From: Obrimoposthia wandeli | Taxonomy: Eukaryota | NCBI GenBank assembly: GCA_977020255.1 | Contig: CDROCS010000777.1 | Span: 868,001-932,000 of the forward strand | Length of the DNA: 64,000 bases | Reading direction: 5' to 3' | Part shown: positions 27,151-35,300 of the stretch, in pieces | Numbering within the stretch: position 1 is the stretch's first letter | Layout of the letters: every line of letters starts with the position of its first letter | The notes under the pieces: model-generated | Seen by the model: only the letters and a program-made list of their open reading frames with translations | What the model was told of the DNA's origin: nothing | Database searches by the model: none | Program-made: the position numbers and the translations under genes

Positions 27151-29631
27151 TTGACTGAATTATTTGGTGACATAGACCAAGAAGAATTTGAAATTGCCAA
27201 TCCAGTAGTGATTGAGGAAGTTCCATTGAATAATATTGCAGAAATAGTTGAAGACGATATAGTTGCAGATATGGCTCAACCAGGAGCTCAAGCAGATATT
27301 AATGCAGGAAATAATGTAGGTGACATGAATGCCGAGCAGTTGGCACAAGCTTTAAATGCGACGTTGAGACCCAATTTTTCAGGATCATTGCAGATTACAA
27401 AGTTTAAAGGAGATGAGGAAAGTATTTGTGACTTCCTCGCAGAATATTCGAGTTGTGCAGATGTTCAAGGATGGAACGATAAAGAAAAATGTATCAGAGT
27501 ACAGGCACATTTAACCGGATTAGCACTTGAAGTGTATAAACATTTGACAGAAGCAGAACGTTTGGACTGGCCAACGTTAGAAAATGCTTTTATTGGAAAA
27601 TTGGTATTAGGAGATTTAGCCAAAGTAAATAAGCGACTCATGAGAGAACGGAAACAGAAACATGATGAAGGCGTGAATGAATACGCGTATGTTTTGAGAA
27701 CCTTGGCCGCAAGAGCGTACCCAAGAAGAATAATGAGAAATCAGGACGGTAATCCTGTAGCTCCAGAAGCACAAGCAGCGGAAAATGACCGGAACCAAAA
27801 TGAAATGGCAGAGGTCTTGTTAGATATATTTAGAGGAGGATTGAAAAAGGATATTAAAGTGTTATTAGCGGTATCGGATACAAATGATTTTGATAACGCC
27901 GTGCGAAAGGCGAGAGAGATCGAGAAAAATATAAAGAATAATGCAGCATTGGCAATCTACGCAATGACTGCAGGTGACGACGATAAGACAAAGGTCTTCG
28001 TGAATAAAACAGAACCGAGTAATTTTCAGAATCGAAATTGTGGACAAAATAAGTTTGAAAAAGTAGATGAATCCAGTAACGGAAATAGAGATAATTTCCG
28101 AAGTAGGAATCGAGATGATTCGAGAGGTAGAAATAATAGTGAGTCTTGGAACAGGAATCGAGATGATTCAAGAGGTAGAAATAATAATGATTCGTGGAAT
28201 AGAAATAGAGATGATTCCAGGAATAGATTTAATAGAGATAATTCAGGAAATCGCCAACCTTGGAGAGGAGACGATAGGAATTATAACGCCAACAGAGGAG
28301 AGCGAAGTGACTCTCGATTTGGAAATAATACAGGAAATAGTGACGGAAGATTCAATAATCGAGGAAGCGGGTTTGAATCGAATTTCCGAAGAAATGATTT
28401 TAGAGGACGCTATGATAATAGACAGAATAGTCGTCGAGTACAGTTCGAAGATGAACAAAATAAGATAGATATTCGAGGGAGAATAATGTGTTACACGTGT
28501 AAACAAATGGGTCACTATTCGAGAGACTGTACGAGAAGTAAAGAGTTCGGAACTAACAGATTTGGAAATAATAATTTCGGTAATAATAATTTTGGAAATA
28601 ATTATAGAGGATATAATTCACCTCCGCCATGGAATAGAGGTGGTGGATATACTCCACAGCCATGGAGACTGAATAATCAGTATACAGATAGACAACAGTC
28701 ACCAGGTAGATATAATAACTATGCAGATAGACAGCAAGGAGCTGAGAGATACAGTAATTACGTAGGACAGCAAGGAGCTGAGAGATATAATAATTCCGGT
28801 AGATATAATAATAATAATGTCGACAAGACAAATAGTCGAGAGAGTTCGCCGAAACCGAAAGGAAATTTTAGTTATGTAAGCGATGACAGTGATAGGAATC
28901 GCGAGACCGAGCTTCGACGCGAAATAGATTTTGAAGATAGTGATAGTAAATTTGAACGAATGTTGGGAATAATTAAAGATTCACCACATACAAAGATGGC
29001 GAATTCATCTACGTTGTCGAAACAAGAGAGAAGTCTACACTCGAGAGAAGAGATGAATGATTTAATGAATAGAATATTAGAAGCGTATGAGACACCAATA
29101 GAGAAAACGTGTAACGCACAACCTATGACTGATCATGTGGAAGCAGCGAGAAATGCTACGAGTATGGAAAATGTAAAAAAGATAATTAGTGAAGCTAAGG
29201 AGACGTTAAATCAACCGTTAGATGAAACGAGTGAAGCTCCAGAAGTTCTGGCCAAATTGCAAACAATTAAAGTGCACCGATTGGAAGAAGTGCGTGCAGA
29301 ATTGGTTAAACATAGTCATGATAACTTGGGTTACAAAGAAGTACCCCGAGGACTACTGAAAGGTTATGGTCGTTATGTACAGAGATCAAACCAAAAAGGA
29401 ACGATGAAAATTTCACTTCGATTAATTTCCGGACAGATAATACATGAAAAACTTAACGTGTATCAAACAATGAAAACGATTCGGAAAAAGTTAGCCGAGA
29501 AACTTGAAATTGATGGAATGAATATGTTGTTCCATTATAAAGGGAGATCACTAGATGATGAGGACGTACCAGTCGAGTTTGGATATCCGATAGGAAATGA
29601 ATTAGAGGAAAAATTGATGTCATCACTGTAG
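27151..29631 (+). CDS. gag: Gag: capsid-like domain, R/N/G-rich region, CCHC knuckle, C-terminal ubiquitin-like domain
   Basis: Retrotransposon-gag-like core (WPTLENAF..YAYVLRTLAARAYP..FRGGLKKDIK) and CYTCKQMGHYSRDC at 28489-28530. First ATG is 27271; the frame is open from 26917. Confidence 0.9.
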   Translation: MTELFGDIDQEEFEIANPVVIEEVPLNNIAEIVEDDIVADMAQPGAQADINAGNNVGDMNAEQLAQALNATLRPNFSGSLQITKFKGDEESICDFLAEYSSCADVQGWNDKEKCIRVQAHLTGLALEVYKHLTEAERLDWPTLENAFIGKLVLGDLAKVNKRLMRERKQKHDEGVNEYAYVLRTLAARAYPRRIMRNQDGNPVAPEAQAAENDRNQNEMAEVLLDIFRGGLKKDIKVLLAVSDTNDFDNAVRKAREIEKNIKNNAALAIYAMTAGDDDKTKVFVNKTEPSNFQNRNCGQNKFEKVDESSNGNRDNFRSRNRDDSRGRNNSESWNRNRDDSRGRNNNDSWNRNRDDSRNRFNRDNSGNRQPWRGDDRNYNANRGERSDSRFGNNTGNSDGRFNNRGSGFESNFRRNDFRGRYDNRQNSRRVQFEDEQNKIDIRGRIMCYTCKQMGHYSRDCTRSKEFGTNRFGNNNFGNNNFGNNYRGYNSPPPWNRGGGYTPQPWRLNNQYTDRQQSPGRYNNYADRQQGAERYSNYVGQQGAERYNNSGRYNNNNVDKTNSRESSPKPKGNFSYVSDDSDRNRETELRREIDFEDSDSKFERMLGIIKDSPHTKMANSSTLSKQERSLHSREEMNDLMNRILEAYETPIEKTCNAQPMTDHVEAARNATSMENVKKIISEAKETLNQPLDETSEAPEVLAKLQTIKVHRLEEVRAELVKHSHDNLGYKEVPRGLLKGYGRYVQRSNQKGTMKISLRLISGQIIHEKLNVYQTMKTIRKKLAEKLEIDGMNMLFHYKGRSLDDEDVPVEFGYPIGNELEEKLMSSL

Positions 29632-29672
29632 GACGTCAAGAGTTAGTAGATAATGAAGGATTAACCGAGATA

Positions 29673-30647
29673 TTGAATTCTGCGTTAGAAATGATAAAAA
29701 CGCCTATAGAAATTTTAGACAGTTCAAGCGAAAGCGGAGATAATGATGTAGCTGAAGTTTGGAACAAGACATCCACACCAGAACCGTACGTAGCTGAATT
29801 ACAAGACATGAATTTAGAAAATGAGTTGACAACTCCAGTGGTTGAGGTGCCACCAGAACCAGATATAATTCCAATCAGACAAGATGAAGTCACGGATACA
29901 GCCAACCAAGTGAGACAAAACGAAACCGTAACACAACTAGTAGGAGAAGACGAAGTCTCCGAGATTGTAGATTTGGATTCACCAATTTGGCATGCCGCAT
30001 ACAAAGATAGACAAGCAGAGCAAATGATGCGACAAAATGAAGAGATTGGCCATGAAGAAGGACCAAGTCAAGAGATACAGTATAATGGTGAAACGTATGA
30101 TCCAGGAGAGAATCAAACTGAGTATCAGTATTTTCGAAGAGGGCCTGGAAGACCTAGAAAAGGTGAAAGTATATTACGAAATGTTCTAACTGCACCACAA
30201 ACTGATGAAGAAAGACATCTAAGTATTGGACAGTTAGCGGCGTCATTAGAGCAGTATAGTGCAGAGAGGAATGAAGATATCAGAGGTGATATGAATTCGG
30301 AAACTCCAAGTAGTAAAGATATACTTACGGGAATTCTCAGGCAAGTGAAGCCGAAGTTGTTCAAAATGTACAGAGATGAAACAACCGATATAACAGACAA
30401 TTTGACTAAAGCAGTCAGATCACAGATGTCTGCAGTAAAGAGAATGACCGCGAATCATGTATACCATGCATCGATAGATAGATTTTATGACGGTGAAGTT
30501 TTAGCGAGATTATGTGGAAACCAGACTACAAATAAAAAGTTAATTACAGCGATCACATATCTATGTTTCCAATTGACGGAACGAACGAGCCAACCTCACG
30601 AAGTCAAACAAGGAATAAATGAAGCGATGTATTTGATCGAGAAGTAA
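29673..30647 (+). CDS. Acidic/AT-hook/putative BEN-domain segment, probably a continuation of Gag in the -1 frame
   Basis: 324-aa ORF in the element's codon style; AT-hook RRGPGRPRKG (30135-30164); frame open from 29601, overlapping the ORF1 end. Confidence 0.75.
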   Translation: MNSALEMIKTPIEILDSSSESGDNDVAEVWNKTSTPEPYVAELQDMNLENELTTPVVEVPPEPDIIPIRQDEVTDTANQVRQNETVTQLVGEDEVSEIVDLDSPIWHAAYKDRQAEQMMRQNEEIGHEEGPSQEIQYNGETYDPGENQTEYQYFRRGPGRPRKGESILRNVLTAPQTDEERHLSIGQLAASLEQYSAERNEDIRGDMNSETPSSKDILTGILRQVKPKLFKMYRDETTDITDNLTKAVRSQMSAVKRMTANHVYHASIDRFYDGEVLARLCGNQTTNKKLITAITYLCFQLTERTSQPHEVKQGINEAMYLIEK

Positions 30648-30673
30648 CTTTCGAAGATCCAAGACTTAAAAAA

Positions 30674-32311
30674 TTGGCAAAAAAGGGACTTTTTGCTATA
30701 AAAAAGGATGGTAAAGACGTAATTAAATGCCACAAGTGTAAAAAAGAACGAATTATAGACAGATATACTCTTGAGCTACCTAAGAAAATTTTACATCATG
30801 AATTTTGCGAATTTTGTACTTTTAAAAACAAAATAAAGCAAAAAGAACAGAAAACCGAATGTATAATCGAATACCAAATCACACGAAAAGAGATTTTGGC
30901 TCAACAAGACACACCGGTAGTGTCATTCGTGAGAAGGTTATATCCAAAAGAAGCAGAAAGAATCAGAGAATTGGTAGAATTAAAAATAAAAACTACGCGA
31001 AACGGATACGGATCGATTTTTGAATTACTGCGAGATAAAGATGACAGTACAATTGAAACAAAAGAGAAAGAGTACATAAATGAACTAGAATACGTACTAG
31101 AAGATCCGGAATGCGCAGTTTGCATGGTCAACAAAATAGAAGTTGCCTTTCTACCATGCGGACATGTAAGAACATGTCGGAGATGTGCGAATGAAATGGT
31201 ATCATGTCCGATTTGTCGAAGAATAATAGATCGACAAGTGAGAAACATTAGATTTCACTATCCAAACATAGGAAGTGGACTGACAGAGTGTAATAATTCG
31301 ATAAATACAATATACCATATGGGAAACATAAATGGAGCACAGCGACCAGCAGCTATCATTAGAGTAAATAATTTAAGAGTAAAAGCCTTAATTGATACAG
31401 GTGCTGTAGCTTCGATAGTAAGTGAAGACTGTTTGACAGAGGAACAGAAACGAACAATGGCAGAACCAGATGAATTCTTGGTATCGGTCAATGGAGACCC
31501 TGTAAAAGTGACGGGAATATTACCATGTACATTTATTATTGGACGTAATACGATCACTATACCAGTTAGAATTATGAAAGAATGTCCTGAACCTACAATT
31601 TTAGGAATGGATGTACTATCACAACTTAAAGGGATAAGTATTGATTTACAAGATCCAAGATTGAAGGATAGCACATCAAACAGACAAATAAACCAAATTG
31701 ATGTAATTATAGAGAATCCTATAAAAATCGGTAAAAGATCACAATTTCTCATTCAAGGTCACACATTATCAGAAGATAAAGGACCAGTTGTGTTCGAACC
31801 ATCACGAGATTTCATAGAGAAATACGAATTACCAGTTGTGAGTACAGTATGCCTGATCGAAAACCACAAAATACCAGTTAGACTGATGAATACAACCAAC
31901 AATGACATCCTATTATACAGAGGAATGAGGTTGGGAAAGATAGCACAGATGGAGAATTCCACTGTATGCGCTATGAAACTCGATAAAGATACGAATGATT
32001 ACGAAGAAATAGTAATCCAATCAGAAAGACTGACAACTAGAGAAAAGAAACAATTACTTGATCTAATACATAAATTTCCAAAAGTAATTGCAAAAAATCC
32101 ATATGACATAGGAGAAACACCTGTCATAAAACATACAATACCACTGACAGAAGACAAAGTAGTCAGAAGAAGACCATACCGAGTACCATTACAATTACAA
32201 GATGAAGTAAAAAGTCAGATCGAAGATATGTCTAAAACAGGAGTAATTAGACCGAGTTTTTCGCCATTCTCAGCACCTGTGGTGTTGGTAAAAAGAAGGA
32301 TGGGAAAATGA
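30674..32311 (+). CDS. pol: BIR-like + IAP-type RING + aspartic protease + start of RT
   Basis: C3HC4 RING at 31112-31216, protease LIDTGAVASIVS (DTG at 31394), RT N-terminus RRRPYRVP..IRPSFSPFSAPVVLVK. Frame open from 30623. Confidence 0.9.
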   Translation: MAKKGLFAIKKDGKDVIKCHKCKKERIIDRYTLELPKKILHHEFCEFCTFKNKIKQKEQKTECIIEYQITRKEILAQQDTPVVSFVRRLYPKEAERIRELVELKIKTTRNGYGSIFELLRDKDDSTIETKEKEYINELEYVLEDPECAVCMVNKIEVAFLPCGHVRTCRRCANEMVSCPICRRIIDRQVRNIRFHYPNIGSGLTECNNSINTIYHMGNINGAQRPAAIIRVNNLRVKALIDTGAVASIVSEDCLTEEQKRTMAEPDEFLVSVNGDPVKVTGILPCTFIIGRNTITIPVRIMKECPEPTILGMDVLSQLKGISIDLQDPRLKDSTSNRQINQIDVIIENPIKIGKRSQFLIQGHTLSEDKGPVVFEPSRDFIEKYELPVVSTVCLIENHKIPVRLMNTTNNDILLYRGMRLGKIAQMENSTVCAMKLDKDTNDYEEIVIQSERLTTREKKQLLDLIHKFPKVIAKNPYDIGETPVIKHTIPLTEDKVVRRRPYRVPLQLQDEVKSQIEDMSKTGVIRPSFSPFSAPVVLVKRRMGK

Positions 32312-35300
32312 GATTCTGTATAGATTTCAGAGAACTGAACAAGATCACAAGAAAAGATGTGTATCCATTACCTAGAATCGAAGAGATGCTCGATAAATTG
32401 GGTAATTCAGATTATTTTACGACATTGGATTTGCAGAGTGGATACTGGCAAATCGAGATAGAGGAAGAAGATAAACACAAAACAGCCTTTTCCTGCGGAG
32501 ATGGATTATACGAATGCGAAAAGATGCCATTCGGACTGACAGGAGCTCCAGCAACATTTCAGCGTTGCATGAATTTTGTACTCGCATCGTGTGCAAACAC
32601 GATGGTGTATATTGATGACATAATAATATTTTCGAAAACGTTCGAAGAACATCTAAAAAATCTTGAAGTTGTATTTAAAAGACTGGAAAACGCTAAATTA
32701 AAAGTTAAACCTACAAAATGTGTATGGGCTAAAGAGCGAGTAACATTTTTAGGACATATAGTATCGAAAGAAGGCATTCGTCCTGATCCGGCAAAGATCG
32801 AGAAAGTAAAAGCGCATTTAGCGCCAAAGACTGTTAAGGAGATACAGAGTTTTTTAGGTCTTGCGAATTATTATAGACGATTTGTTGAACATTTTTCAGA
32901 TATAGCAACACCATTGAGAAAGTTGACGAGAAAAGATGAGAAGTTCATATGGGGAGAAGAAGCCCAACAAGCGTTCGAGCATTTAAAAGAAAGACTGATA
33001 AAAGCACCAATATTAGCGTTTCCAGATATAAACCGACAGTTCATACTCATGACAGATGCAAGTAACTATGCTGTAGGAGCAGTATTGGGACAAGAGGATG
33101 ACGAAGGAAGAGAACACGTCATTGCGTATGCGAGTAGAGGATTAAACAGAGCCGAAAGAGGATACTCTGTTATCGAAAAGGAATGTCTAGCCATAGTGTA
33201 TTCATGTAGACAGTACAGACACTATTTGCTAGGACAAAAAGTATTCCTGTATACAGATCACAAACCACTACAGTTCTTATATAAACATAGAGATGAGATG
33301 AGTAGATTAAACAGATGGTTTCTAAAATTGGCCGAATTCGATCTAGAAATCCGTTATAGAACCGGAAAGTCGAATGGCAACGCAGATTGTTTATCGAGAT
33401 TGACAAATGTAGATGAGAAAGGAAACATAATTCCAGAAGAAGATGAAACCAATGACCAAAAAGGAGAAGCAAATCTACTGACGATTTTGCTAAAGACGGG
33501 TAAAATAGACAAAGAGATCATCAAAGAACAGAAAGAAGATGAAGAACTGAGTCTAATCAAAGAATTGCTGGTGAAAGGAGATCTAAACGATGAAATGACG
33601 AAAAAATACTCGATAAAAGAAGGAATCTTGTATATTGTCAATAATGTCGGAAAGATAGTAGTAGTAATTCCGAAGTCATTGAAAACAGCAGTGATGATCC
33701 AGTATCACGACGGAACACTGGGAGGACATCTGTCAGGGCGAAAGACAATAGCCAGAATCAAAGAGAAGTACCATTGGGATGGTATGGAAGACGACATAAA
33801 ACAATGGTGTAAACAATGTAAAGTATGTTTAACCAGAAAAGACACCGGAACTCGTACTAAAGTTCCGTTGAAACCAATGCCAGTTCCCTTGGCACCAATG
33901 GAATTCACAGCGATGGATATATTGGGACCATTGAGAGAATCAAGTAAAGGAAACAAGTATGTCATAGTATTTACGGACTACATGACGAGATGGGTAGAAG
34001 CATATCCCATGCAGAACCAGAAAGCTGAAACAATAGCGCAAATCTTAGTGGAAGAGATAATATTTCGATACGGAGTGCCTAGAAAGTTGTTAACGGATCA
34101 AGGTAAGAACTTCACTGGAGAAGTCATAAAAGCAGTATCGAAGATATTCGGAATCATGAAGTTACAAACTTCACCATATCACCCACAGACAGATGGTCTG
34201 GTGGAAAGGTTTAATAAAACTTTATGTATGATGGTACAATCCTATTGCTCAGACAAGCAAGAGGATTGGGATAAATATTTACCTTCATGTTTATATGCTT
34301 ACAGGAATTCAGTTCGAGAGGCGACAGGTCACACACCATTCTATCTGATGTATCTCAGACAGAACAATATGCCAATGGATCTGGAGTGGACCGAGCCAAC
34401 ATCCCAGTACCTAGAAACTGAACAATACATTGTCGTCATGAAGGAAAGATTACAAGATGCTTGGACCAAAGCCGGATTGAAGTTGAAATTCAATCAAGAA
34501 GGTTACAAGGAACAATACGACAAAAAAGCAAAACCACATGAATTTAGAGTCGGAGATCAAGTGATGATATTTTATCCAGTCATCGAACCAGGTCTATCGT
34601 TTAAACTTCATAGACCATACAAAGGACCATACAAGGTGATCCAGACAACCTCAACAAATTTGAAAGTAATCAACGAAGAGAATCGGAACAAAGAACCGAT
34701 GATTGTACATGCAAATCGATGCAAATTAGTACCAAATAAAGATAATGCGTCACGATATGAGTTAAGATCACAGAAATCGAAGCCAAATACCAATACCATT
34801 AAACTTACACGAATGGTAAGTGATCGGAACTACATAAACATGATGACGAGTGGTAGCGAGAAAAAACCAGCGAGAATTGGTATGCTCAGAATGAAGTGCC
34901 AAGAGGAAAAGGAAGTAATCCGACACATCGCACCACAAGAGATATTAGAAGAAGACGAAGAGATAATAGTTGTTTTCGAAAAAACACAACCGACAGATGT
35001 GGCTAAAGAAGTCATTGTGAAAGATGCACTGACAAACGAATTTCTATGCGAACTTAGAGTGTCATATTACGACGGAAATACATTAGTCGCATCACTTTAT
35101 CAAAATTCCAATGTGTTTACGACTGAGAAAGTGATAATCGAAATCACATTGACACCAAACATAGTTGCATGGCAGAACTATGACAGTACTGAAGCAGGAC
35201 TAGCCAGTCAGGAAGAGAAGGAACCGGCCGGTGGTCACATACTGCATGGTACACCAAAAAGACTCAAACAAGAATACCACGATGTAATAATGGTATTACG

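Noticed and set aside
31700-31970. dUTPase between protease and RT
   Set aside because: The five dUTPase motifs are not recognisable; it looks like the usual Gypsy PR-RT spacer.
34650-34900. Chromodomain after integrase
   Set aside because: No aromatic-cage chromodomain pattern after the GPY motif.
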